A stretch of DNA of 64,000 bases from a virus. The position numbers and the translations under genes are program-made. Location: positions 1 to 64,000 of the IMG/VR virus record IMGVR_UViG_3300042261_000762, one strand, 5' to 3'. The notes beneath the pieces were generated by a model. That model had not been told where the DNA came from and made no database searches. It saw only the letters and a list, made by a program, of their open reading frames with translations. This document shows positions 46,494-54,947 of this stretch, in pieces; the stretch's first letter is position 1; every line of letters begins with the position of its first letter.

Positions 46494-46751
46494 ATGAAAG
46501 GTATTACATTTAAAATCAACGGAGAACTTTCAGAAGAAGGTAAAAAGAAACTTCTGAAACACATTGAGGAAGGTAGAAAAAAAATGGAAGCCAGAATTGA
46601 AAAGTATAGAAAATACTTCGATCTTTTAGAAAAAATGAATAAAGATAATAGACACGAAGACTTCATTTATTTAGAGAATGGTAAACATTATATAGTATCT
46701 TGGGACAGTGGGAAATGGTCAGATCCGAGAGAAATTACATTTTTGGAATAA
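46494..46751 (+). CDS. hypothetical protein
   Basis: ORF track. Confidence 0.7.
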   Translation: MKGITFKINGELSEEGKKKLLKHIEEGRKKMEARIEKYRKYFDLLEKMNKDNRHEDFIYLENGKHYIVSWDSGKWSDPREITFLE

Positions 46752-47020
46752 ACTTAAAAAACGAACCTCGAACTTTTTATACATTAGAAACACATTGTAG
46801 AGGAAATCTAATAATTGAAAGAATAGAAGAAAAAATAAAACAAAAACAAAAGAACTTCATACATGGTTTTATGTTAAGAAGGAAAGTAGAGAGACCAACT
46901 TATGAAAAACTAATTGACGAGATAGAAAATCTTGGACTAGAGGGAGTTGGTAGAAAATATGGAGTAACTGGTAAAGCGATTAAAAAATGGGTTATTACAT
47001 ATCAAAAATATAATATATAA
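46700..47020 (+). CDS. HTH-tail fragment typical of homing endonucleases (start uncertain)
   Basis: RRKVERPTYEKL...VGRKYGVTGKAIKKW. Confidence 0.45.
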   Translation: MGQWEMVRSERNYIFGINLKNEPRTFYTLETHCRGNLIIERIEEKIKQKQKNFIHGFMLRRKVERPTYEKLIDEIENLGLEGVGRKYGVTGKAIKKWVITYQKYNI

Positions 47021-47025
47021 TGTAT

Positions 47026-47101
47026 TGATCATTAGCGCAATTGGTAGAGCGTTGGGTTTTGGTCCCAAAGGTTGGAGGTTCGAACCCTCCATGATCAACC
47101 A
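47026..47101 (+). tRNA. tRNA-Gln(TTG), encoded CCA
   Basis: TTGGG-ttTTGgt-CCCAA, U1-A72. Confidence 0.9.
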
Positions 47102-47113
47102 AAGTTTTTTATT

Positions 47114-47635
47114 ATGAAGAAATTATTTACTATATTATTCATTATTATATCATTCTGTCTAAACGCCCAAACAAAGGGAACTTTCACAGATAATCGTGAC
47201 AATAAAACCTACAGATGGATAAAAATAGGCGAACAAGTTTGGATGAGGGATAATCTAAAATATAAAGATACAATATTTTATGATTATAAATCTGAAAAAA
47301 AGAATGATACATTAAAACTAGTTGCTTCTTGTCCAGATGGATGGCATCTACCAACACTAATAGAATGGAATCAATTGTTTACTACTCTTGGAAGAGTAAA
47401 TGCTGCTAATAGATTGCAAGAAGAAAATAGTTTTGATTGTTTATTGAATGGTAGATATAATGCTGATATAAAATCAGTTGAAAATAGAGGAACACATGCA
47501 TATTACTGGACTTCGACTGTTAGAGATGAAAATACAATGTGGACAATATTTATATTTTATGGTTCTGGAATGACAAGTAAAATAGATGGTGATAAGAGAT
47601 ATGGTTATTCTATAAGATGTATAAAAGATAAATAA
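47114..47635 (+). CDS. secreted Fibrobacter succinogenes major paralogous (FISUMP) domain protein
   Basis: Signal peptide, FTDNRDNKTY..IKIGEQVWM..NL, CPDGWHLPT..EW, GYSIRCIKD; start reassigned. Confidence 0.85.
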   Translation: MKKLFTILFIIISFCLNAQTKGTFTDNRDNKTYRWIKIGEQVWMRDNLKYKDTIFYDYKSEKKNDTLKLVASCPDGWHLPTLIEWNQLFTTLGRVNAANRLQEENSFDCLLNGRYNADIKSVENRGTHAYYWTSTVRDENTMWTIFIFYGSGMTSKIDGDKRYGYSIRCIKDK

Positions 47636-47717
47636 TTTTCCTGAAATTTTTTTAATTCGTAAATAAGTCGTATTTTTGTATTGTTAAATCAGTTCATTGA
47701 ATTATTGAAAAATATAT

Positions 47718-47791
47718 GGCGGGGTAGAGCAGAAGAAGCTCGTCGGGCTCATAATCCGAAGGTCGTGGTTGAGCATTTCCCACCCCCGCAA
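47718..47791 (+). tRNA. tRNA-Met(CAT), aberrant T loop
   Basis: TCGGG-ctCATaa-TCCGA. Confidence 0.75.
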
Positions 47792-47796
47792 CACAT

Positions 47797-47871
47797 CGCG
47801 GGATGGAGCAGAGGTAGCTCGCAAGGCTCATAACCTTGAGGCCGAGGGTTCGATCCCCTCTCCCGCAACCA
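47797..47871 (+). tRNA. tRNA-fMet(CAT), encoded CCA
   Basis: C1xA72 mismatch, CAAGG-ctCATaa-CCTTG. Confidence 0.92.
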
Positions 47872-47874
47872 AAT

Positions 47875-47947
47875 GGTCTCGTAGCTCAGGGGTGAGAGCA
47901 GGAAGCTTATACCTTCAAGGTCGGTGGTTCAATTCCATCCGGGACTA
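47875..47947 (+). tRNA. tRNA-Ile(TAT)
   Basis: GAAG-ctTATac-CTTC. Confidence 0.88.
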
Positions 47948-47957
47948 CAAATAAAAC

Positions 47958-48031
47958 TGGAGTGTAACTCAGTTGGTTAGAGTTCGAAGCTTATACCTTC
48001 GCGGTCGGGGGTTCAAGTCCCTCCACTCCAA
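47958..48031 (+). tRNA. tRNA-Ile(TAT)
   Basis: CGAAG-ctTATac-CTTCG. Confidence 0.88.
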
Positions 48032-48035
48032 CAAT

Positions 48036-48155
48036 AGATAGTAAACCAGCTTCCCTATTCGCGACGGTGCCTATCCTACAAGGCCGGAACCATTAGCACC
48101 CGAGGGAACAATTAAGGTGGGAAGGGCGAGTCTCCCAATCTAACTGGAACTATCT
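48036..48155 (+). ncRNA. unidentified structured RNA (about 120 nt)
   Basis: AGATAGT..CCAG / CTGG.ACTATCT closure; TTCCCT/AGGGAA, GGTGC/GCACC and TGGGA/TCCCA stems. Confidence 0.5.
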
Positions 48156-48191
48156 TAAATTTTAATAAATAAATCAAAAAAACAACTAAAT

Positions 48192-48416
48192 ATGAAGATT
48201 CTCAGAAAAGGTGACGATTTCGTCAAAATGAATGACGCTACTGTTCAGGACATTGCGAAAATTGAAGATAAGATTAAAGATGGTTGGAAGTATTCTCCAA
48301 AGAAAGATTACAAGGATTTTTATAAAGCCGAAAAGACAGCGACAGAAGTAAAGACCGAAGAGAAGAAAGAGAAGAAGGCAAAGGAAAAGAAAGAAAAAAA
48401 TAAGAATAAAAAATAA
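48192..48416 (+). CDS. small Lys/Glu-rich protein
   Basis: ORF track. Confidence 0.7.
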   Translation: MKILRKGDDFVKMNDATVQDIAKIEDKIKDGWKYSPKKDYKDFYKAEKTATEVKTEEKKEKKAKEKKEKNKNKK

Positions 48417-48437
48417 TATATATCCATAAAAATTATT

Positions 48438-48983
48438 ATGTATAAGATAATTGTAAAAGGACCAGCTGGCGAATCAAATGTTTCTGATAGAAAAAAATTA
48501 GACGGCATTGATTGTCAGGACGAATTCTCTGAATATTTTCATGAAGCTTGGAATATAGGGGGAAAAGAAGATAGAAATCAGCAGAATTTGATTGATAAAG
48601 GAGTATCCGGTGGTTATATGAGGTTCGAATATGAACACAATAAACTATACGTAATAGTTGAGTATAATTCCGATGAAAAATTAAACGATGATGAAATCGA
48701 AGAGTTGAAAGACTACACCCAAGGTCAACTTTCCGACGGTATTGGTGAGGGATTTGAACAACAACCAGTCATGTATGAGAACGATAAAGAAATTTTTATA
48801 TCTCCCTGGTTTAGAGGACAAAAACTAAAAGTTGAACAAATTGAAGATGATACAATTGAACCAAAAAAGAAAGTCGCTGAAGATGATAATACATATTGGG
48901 AAGACCAATGTAAAAAAGATATAGAAAAAATGAACGCTTTAATGGACGAATTAAAAAAACTCCTCGATAAAGATAAAAAATAA
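48438..48983 (+). CDS. hypothetical protein (GQLSDGIGEGFEQ motif)
   Basis: ORF track. Confidence 0.75.
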   Translation: MYKIIVKGPAGESNVSDRKKLDGIDCQDEFSEYFHEAWNIGGKEDRNQQNLIDKGVSGGYMRFEYEHNKLYVIVEYNSDEKLNDDEIEELKDYTQGQLSDGIGEGFEQQPVMYENDKEIFISPWFRGQKLKVEQIEDDTIEPKKKVAEDDNTYWEDQCKKDIEKMNALMDELKKLLDKDKK

Positions 48984-48989
48984 CTAAAC

Positions 48990-49064
48990 GCTCCTGTCGT
49001 CTAATCGGTTAGGACATCGCCCTTTCACGGCGAAGATTTGCGGGTTCGAGTCCCGTCGGGAGTA
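48990..49064 (+). tRNA. tRNA-Glu(TTC)
   Basis: TCGCC-ctTTCac-GGCGA. Confidence 0.95.
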
Positions 49065-49076
49065 CAAAAAATTTAC

Positions 49077-49149
49077 CGCCCTATCGACTAACAGGCTAGG
49101 TCACCGCTCTCTCACAGCGGAAATTCGGAATCGTACTCCGATAGGGTGA
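49077..49149 (+). tRNA. tRNA-Glu(CTC)
   Basis: CCGCT-ctCTCac-AGCGG. Confidence 0.85.
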
Positions 49150-49362
49150 CTCCTTTCAATATTAAAGATATAGTAGATTTTGCACATTTAAGTTTTCTTG
49201 CAATATCTATTTTTTTAGACCCATCTTTGTATCTATTTTATCCCACACTTTTTTATCCATAGTTCGTTTTCTTTTGAGTAGATAAAAAAATTGAACTATT
49301 TCTATTTTATAAACAAGTACAATAATGTATAATATATACTATGTAAAAAGAATCAAGTTTTT

Positions 49363-49605
49363 ATGAGAATAATAGCACAATCTTTACTGTTTATACTCAA
49401 CAAGTGGAATTTATCAATGGATGAATTCAATCCTATTGGTAAATTTTTATGGTATATACCAAATTTTCTAAATAACGTTTTAACACAGATTTTTTATTTC
49501 TGTTTATTCCCGTTTGTCTGTTTGTATTTTTATCTACACGAGAAGTCACAACTATACATTTTAATGTATAAGTTATTTTTAATACTTTTGAAAATTAATC
49601 AATAA
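49363..49605 (+). CDS. small hydrophobic protein
   Basis: ORF track. Confidence 0.5.
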   Translation: MRIIAQSLLFILNKWNLSMDEFNPIGKFLWYIPNFLNNVLTQIFYFCLFPFVCLYFYLHEKSQLYILMYKLFLILLKINQ

Positions 49606-50428
49606 CTCTAATTGGAGCCTGTTTAATGTGGTCTAATTCTGAGAACGGTGGTTTATAAACATGCCATCTTCCTTTTGGATCTAGTAATACTATTTCCTTC
49701 TTACGATCTCCTGGTTCTTTCATTATAACATCAGATACAAGGAATCTATCCTTGAATTTATATCCTCTTCTCATTTCATTTCCAATCCCTTCAGGAGTCA
49801 TTATTATAGTTTTATTTAGAAGTTGATCTTTTACTAATTTTATTATTTGATTATCAGTCATTCTTCCGAAATCCTGTAGAGAAAACGAAACAGTATTATC
49901 TTCTCCTTGTTCTTCCCATTCTTCTTCACCATACGGATCTTCTTCATCGTGATTAGCTTCTTCTTTGCCATCCTCATTTTCTAAGACTCTTAAAAATCTT
50001 CTACATCTAGCCAATCCCTCTTGTTTTTTATGATTTCTAGCTAATTTATCTGGGTTCCTCATTATATTCTCTATAACTACTTTAATATCTTCCGCTAAAT
50101 CCGCGTAGTTATTTTCGGCATACTCTTGAGCCATGTGATCAACTAGGGTTTTAAGATCTTCGTCAGACATTTTATCCATAGCTTTGTTTGTCAAATCATG
50201 CATATTATAAAGAAGACCTAATTTTTTGGATCTTGCTATAAATATATCTAATTCTCTAAAGACTCCTCTCATCGGTTTCGACCAGAAAAATAATGCTTTT
50301 AATACTCCTAATAAAGCATGTGCTTTAGCAAAACTATATTCGAGTTTGACTCTTCTACCAAATCTTTTAACATCTTTCCAATTTAATTCTTCATTTACAA
50401 ACTCATCGTATCCTTTAATATTGTTCAT
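49595..50428 (-). CDS. putative virion-internal protein (CTS-like start, DPYGEEEW)
   Basis: MNNIKGYDEFVNE. Confidence 0.75.
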   Translation of the reverse strand: MNNIKGYDEFVNEELNWKDVKRFGRRVKLEYSFAKAHALLGVLKALFFWSKPMRGVFRELDIFIARSKKLGLLYNMHDLTNKAMDKMSDEDLKTLVDHMAQEYAENNYADLAEDIKVVIENIMRNPDKLARNHKKQEGLARCRRFLRVLENEDGKEEANHDEEDPYGEEEWEEQGEDNTVSFSLQDFGRMTDNQIIKLVKDQLLNKTIIMTPEGIGNEMRRGYKFKDRFLVSDVIMKEPGDRKKEIVLLDPKGRWHVYKPPFSELDHIKQAPIRVID

Positions 50429-50438
50429 GTTCTCTTAA

Positions 50439-50729
50439 TTATTTATATGTTGGAAGATTTTCCCAATATTTTTTTTGGAATATACTTAAAGGTTTTTCTT
50501 TCTTCAAAACATTTCCAAAATTAATAGGTTTTACTTTATTTCCATATTTGGCTAGAACTCTCCACTTATAAGGTTTCTTACCTATATATCTTTTTGGAAC
50601 ATTAAATCCTGGGAAGTCCTCACCGTTGTATCGTACGAAATTTGGAAAAATTTGAACATTTTCAAGTTTTCCTTCGTTTATGTTATTATAAGTATTAAAA
50701 TTTTGTACTCCCATATTTTTATATTTCAT
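50439..50729 (-). CDS. hypothetical protein
   Basis: ORF track. Confidence 0.7.
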   Translation of the reverse strand: MKYKNMGVQNFNTYNNINEGKLENVQIFPNFVRYNGEDFPGFNVPKRYIGKKPYKWRVLAKYGNKVKPINFGNVLKKEKPLSIFQKKYWENLPTYK

Positions 50730-50735
50730 TTTATA

Positions 50736-51404
50736 TCAATCCATTGGAATAGATCCTAATGGATCCATTAAAAAATATCCATCATTCCAGTTTTTAGTAA
50801 AATCGTTCCATTCCTTGTTAGGATCATTTACACGATGACGATATGATCTGACATGATGCATCTTATTTTTAGATAAACCTGTTCCTTTACAAAATCTACA
50901 TTTTCCTTTTCCTTCTGGATCTCTTCCAGTCCCATCGCAATATTCACACACTCCATTTAAGCTACCCTGTACTCTCTTTTTACCTTCACTTGTCATAACA
51001 GAATCTTGTTCTACATTATTTACATTATCTTTAGTTCCAAAATTAATTTTAACATATTTATAATATTTATTAACAATATCCTGAGCTGTTCTTTTAGAAT
51101 CTTTAGAATTATCTACCATTCTCTTAACTTCTGAAGCTTTCTCTGCTCCTAAATTAAAGAAAGAATTACAAACCTTATCTATATCTTGATCATTGGCATT
51201 AGGATTCTTTTTCAAAAGCATAGGTTTAAGAATAATTTTCATATGTTCTTGTATTTGTTGAAACTTATTTTCACTTCTTATATAGTCTGGATTATTAGAC
51301 ATATCATCTGATGTTACGCCCACTTCTTGTCTATTCATGGGCCATTCATTAGAATATGTTTGTTCTAGAACAAATTTGTCGAATTTTTTTATAAGTTGGC
51401 TCAT
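50736..51404 (-). CDS. hypothetical protein with a DnaJ-type CxxCxGxG zinc finger
   Basis: CEYCDGTG...CRFCKGTG; CTS-like start. Confidence 0.75.
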   Translation of the reverse strand: MSQLIKKFDKFVLEQTYSNEWPMNRQEVGVTSDDMSNNPDYIRSENKFQQIQEHMKIILKPMLLKKNPNANDQDIDKVCNSFFNLGAEKASEVKRMVDNSKDSKRTAQDIVNKYYKYVKINFGTKDNVNNVEQDSVMTSEGKKRVQGSLNGVCEYCDGTGRDPEGKGKCRFCKGTGLSKNKMHHVRSYRHRVNDPNKEWNDFTKNWNDGYFLMDPLGSIPMD

Positions 51405-51461
51405 TTAATTGTTCATATTTTATGATATATATAAAAAACTGAAAATCGTTTTTTAATATAT

Positions 51462-52478
51462 ATGTGCATGATAAGAAAATTTGAGTTATTCGAGTCCAAA
51501 GAACCATTTAATCCAAATATACATGAAGGAGATAGAATAATAATAACCAATGGAAAACATAAAAATCAAACTGGAGTGGTAATATTTGTGGAATCTCCAG
51601 AAGATTGTGGATTTATCGTAAACGATGTTGAAGTTAGAATGGATTATACTGAAAAGGAAATAGGGTTTAAATTTTCAGATATCGAAAAATTAGATCCAAT
51701 CGTTAATGTTACATCGGAAGACCCATACGGTGAAGAAGATTATAGAAACGATCCATGGGAAACATTTAGATATATAGAATACATAAGAGAAAACGAACTT
51801 AGGCTTGATGGTAAGCATGGATTCTTTATGTTCTTAAAACTCATAGACGATATGAAGATGCATTTTATTAAGACAAATCATTTTCTTAACGTTGGTAAAT
51901 ATCAATATTTCTTTACAACAGAAGCAATAAGAAGAAAAGATGAATTTATGGCATATTTCAAAGATTCTTTGTCTCTTAAAGTTACTTGTAGTACTGCTTT
52001 AAGAATAAAAGATGAAAGATTATCTTTTTATTTCGGTGTTAAAGGAAATAAATTGGAATATGGATTCCACGACGACATGAAAAGAGATATTTATAAGACT
52101 GGAATATTTGATATAAATACAAGATATTTAAGAAGTTTAAAATCTTATAAATGTTTAGTTCTTATCGAGAATATATTAAAATATTCTAACATATCTAATT
52201 TGAATCTTCTACAAGAAATTAAATCGCATTTTAAAGGGTGGTATGAAGGAAAAGGTAATGTATTAATATTGAATGAAAACATGATTAGAAAAACTCTTAA
52301 AAGAGAAGATATACATGATGATGCTAAAGAATCTGTAGCTTTATTACAAAAGTATGAAAAATGGTGTGAGAAATTTAAGTGGTGTAATAAAGTATATTAT
52401 TATATAGATAATGAGGAAGAGAATGAAGTAGATTTTTATATTAAAATAAAACCTAAAAAGAATGTTGAAGAAGTTTGA
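51462..52478 (+). CDS. KOW-motif protein with DPYGEE
   Basis: GDRIIITNGKHKNQTGVV. Confidence 0.75.
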   Translation: MCMIRKFELFESKEPFNPNIHEGDRIIITNGKHKNQTGVVIFVESPEDCGFIVNDVEVRMDYTEKEIGFKFSDIEKLDPIVNVTSEDPYGEEDYRNDPWETFRYIEYIRENELRLDGKHGFFMFLKLIDDMKMHFIKTNHFLNVGKYQYFFTTEAIRRKDEFMAYFKDSLSLKVTCSTALRIKDERLSFYFGVKGNKLEYGFHDDMKRDIYKTGIFDINTRYLRSLKSYKCLVLIENILKYSNISNLNLLQEIKSHFKGWYEGKGNVLILNENMIRKTLKREDIHDDAKESVALLQKYEKWCEKFKWCNKVYYYIDNEEENEVDFYIKIKPKKNVEEV

Positions 52479-52797
52479 ACAGTTTAATGATCCTTATGGT
52501 GAAGAAAACGATGATGTAATGTTAGAGCCACCTGAAGATTATTCTGGAGAAAATAGAAATCTGGAAGAAATTCTATCTGTTCTTGATAAAAAAGGATTTA
52601 TAGAGGGCGATGATTTATTCGATGAAGAGTATGATATTATTGATAATAATTTAGTTGATATAATATATAGAGGAGTAAATTTATCAGATAATTGTAATCT
52701 TTTTCAACTCGGAGAACTTATTGTTAGTCTTGATAAAGGAGATGAATATGGCCAAGGTTATTATCTGGCCAAAATAGATAGAATGGAAGAAGAATGA
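52462..52797 (+). CDS. acidic protein with N-terminal DPYGEE
   Basis: ORF track. Confidence 0.7.
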   Translation: MLKKFEQFNDPYGEENDDVMLEPPEDYSGENRNLEEILSVLDKKGFIEGDDLFDEEYDIIDNNLVDIIYRGVNLSDNCNLFQLGELIVSLDKGDEYGQGYYLAKIDRMEEE

Positions 52798-53114
52798 TAA
52801 AAAGATATAAAATATTTGAACAAATTGACGATCCTTATGGTGAAGAAGTTGATGAATTCACAGACGGAAAAGACGAATTTGATGTAGAAGATCTTGAATT
52901 TTTAAATGGAAACGCTGAAACAAAATTCACATTAAATTATAAATTGTTTAATGATTGCATTACGTTTGAAGTATTTTACGATGATATGGGATATAATTAT
53001 TATGAAATATATAATAAAAATGAACTCCCTGAGAATATAATAAATTTATTAGAAGAATACAATGATGAAATTAGAATAAAATTACAAGAAGATATAAGAA
53101 ATGGGAGATTTTAA
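52794..53114 (+). CDS. acidic protein with N-terminal DPYGEE
   Basis: ORF track. Confidence 0.7.
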   Translation: MIKRYKIFEQIDDPYGEEVDEFTDGKDEFDVEDLEFLNGNAETKFTLNYKLFNDCITFEVFYDDMGYNYYEIYNKNELPENIINLLEEYNDEIRIKLQEDIRNGRF

Positions 53115-53445
53115 GAAATATAACGAATTTTTATTAACTGAAAGAAAAAAGGATCTTTTTAGTATGGTTCTCAACGATATTAATATAAACGTTGATGAAG
53201 TAGTAAAATTGTTATCAGAAAAATATAATTTTGGATGTTGGTTCTTATACAATAATGAAAACAATATAGCAATTGGATATTATCAAACATCAGACGATAG
53301 TAAAGAAAACGTAAATAAAATAAAAGAATTTTTATTTGAAAATCTTCCATACGTACAAAAAGTCGATGTTTATCCCGATGATAATAGAATGATGCTAAGA
53401 TTTATAGAAATTGGTGATCCTGTGAAGTTTAAATTTTATTTTTGA
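53101..53445 (+). CDS. hypothetical protein (CTS-like start)
   Basis: FKKYNEFLLTE. Confidence 0.7.
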   Translation: MGDFKKYNEFLLTERKKDLFSMVLNDININVDEVVKLLSEKYNFGCWFLYNNENNIAIGYYQTSDDSKENVNKIKEFLFENLPYVQKVDVYPDDNRMMLRFIEIGDPVKFKFYF

Positions 53446-53484
53446 TATTATTTTAATTTTTTTTAATAAAAAAAATTATTAAAT

Positions 53485-53793
53485 TTGTTGAATGAAGAGT
53501 TAAAAATAGAAAAAATGAAAGTCTTATCAGAGAAAGAATTTGGGGTCATCTTTCACAAAAAGGAATCTTTGAAATTTAACAATCTGTATCTTACTTTTAA
53601 GTATCTTTGTATATGGTCGCCTTTTCTAGCGTTTATATGGTATATTGTGCCAAATCTTTGGTTATTTCCAACAATACTTCTTATTACAGTAGCTTCTTGG
53701 TTGTGTAGTGTTAAAATGAAATCTTTGAGAGATATAAATTACTTGGCAAGTAAATTCTTAAAAAATGAATATTTAGAAGAATACTTTAGATAA
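53485..53793 (+). CDS. small membrane protein
   Basis: Two hydrophobic segments. Confidence 0.6.
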   Translation: MLNEELKIEKMKVLSEKEFGVIFHKKESLKFNNLYLTFKYLCIWSPFLAFIWYIVPNLWLFPTILLITVASWLCSVKMKSLRDINYLASKFLKNEYLEEYFR

Positions 53794-53872
53794 AACAAAA
53801 AAAACCTTGCCCGGGCACCAATGCAGGAGACCAGGACTTAAAGTCGGTTTTTCTATTTAATATCGAAAGATA

Positions 53873-54214
53873 TTAAGATCTCACTCTTCTAGAACCTTCT
53901 CCCCAGTTTCTAATACCTGTTTCCGACCATTTTCCTCCTTCATAATTAAAATACATAGCATCAGGATGCTCGGCTATGAATGTTATAAACTTCTGAGCGG
54001 CTTCTGAATCTTTTTGTAACCATTTATCATATACCACTTTATATTTAGGATTTCTGGCTATCATTTGTTTACCTTTTTGTACTAATTCTTCGGGTGTCAA
54101 GAATCCAGCTCCTTTTCTGACAGCATTACCAACACCTTTCCAGTCTTCTCCTTTAAATGGATTGAATTCTTCGTTTGTATATGTTTCAAATGTTTTTAAA
54201 TGATTAAGTTTCAT
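53873..54214 (-). CDS. hypothetical protein (CTS-like start)
   Basis: LKTFETYTNE. Confidence 0.7.
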   Translation of the reverse strand: MKLNHLKTFETYTNEEFNPFKGEDWKGVGNAVRKGAGFLTPEELVQKGKQMIARNPKYKVVYDKWLQKDSEAAQKFITFIAEHPDAMYFNYEGGKWSETGIRNWGEGSRRVRS

Positions 54215-54231
54215 ATCTAGTTTTTTATTTT

Positions 54232-54867
54232 TTATTCATCGTCATCAAAATCGAAGTCTATATCTTCTATTTCAGATTTATTCTCGTCCCATTCGTCATC
54301 TTCACCGTAGACTTCTTGTTTGGCTTGATTCAATAATCTTTTTCTCGTGCCTTCACCAGGGTCGAGATTTCCTTTTTTCTTGGATTGATTTCTTCTCCAT
54401 TCTTTTAATAGTCTTTGATAAACTGCGTCTACTTCACTATCACCAATTTCGTCTTCTATTAAATCATCATCGTCTTCATCTAAATCATCTTCGTCATCAT
54501 ATGGACCATCTACAACCATATCGAAGTTTACTATGTATTTGACTTCATAAGTTTCAGATGCTCTTTCAAGATAATCTAGTGTTACTTCATACATTCTTTT
54601 CTTTTTTGCTCCTTCGGTAACTTCTAAAGTTAATTGTTCGTTAGGATCGATATATTGGAAATCTTGTTCAGTAACGTAAAATGACATAACAAGTCCTTCA
54701 TCAGGAACAAATTCAAATTTAGGTTTTTTAACTCTATCAAATATATCTCCAGCTATTTTCTTAGCTGTTTCTATGACTTCATTTGGAACATCATCCAACG
54801 ATCTAGCTTCCTTATCAGAATCAACGGCCTCATTAACAAAGTGTCTATATTTTCTGAGTATGTCCAT
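54232..54867 (-). CDS. acidic hypothetical protein (CTS-like start)
   Basis: LRKYRHFVNE; D/E-rich tail. Confidence 0.75.
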   Translation of the reverse strand: MDILRKYRHFVNEAVDSDKEARSLDDVPNEVIETAKKIAGDIFDRVKKPKFEFVPDEGLVMSFYVTEQDFQYIDPNEQLTLEVTEGAKKKRMYEVTLDYLERASETYEVKYIVNFDMVVDGPYDDEDDLDEDDDDLIEDEIGDSEVDAVYQRLLKEWRRNQSKKKGNLDPGEGTRKRLLNQAKQEVYGEDDEWDENKSEIEDIDFDFDDDE

Positions 54868-54947
54868 CTTTAATAATTCTTTTGTTTTGCTTTATATATT
54901 AATATAAAAAATTCATTTTTTTATTTTCTTGATAATTTTCTTTTTCT

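Noticed and set aside
47026-47101. tRNA-Pro(TGG)
   Set aside because: Centering the 7-nt loop ttTTGgt gives TTG (Gln), consistent with U1-A72 and with the array content.
53803-53852. GC-rich intergenic stretch as a possible HDV-like/theta ribozyme
   Set aside because: I could not build the nested double pseudoknot by eye; it lies between convergent genes and may just be a terminator.
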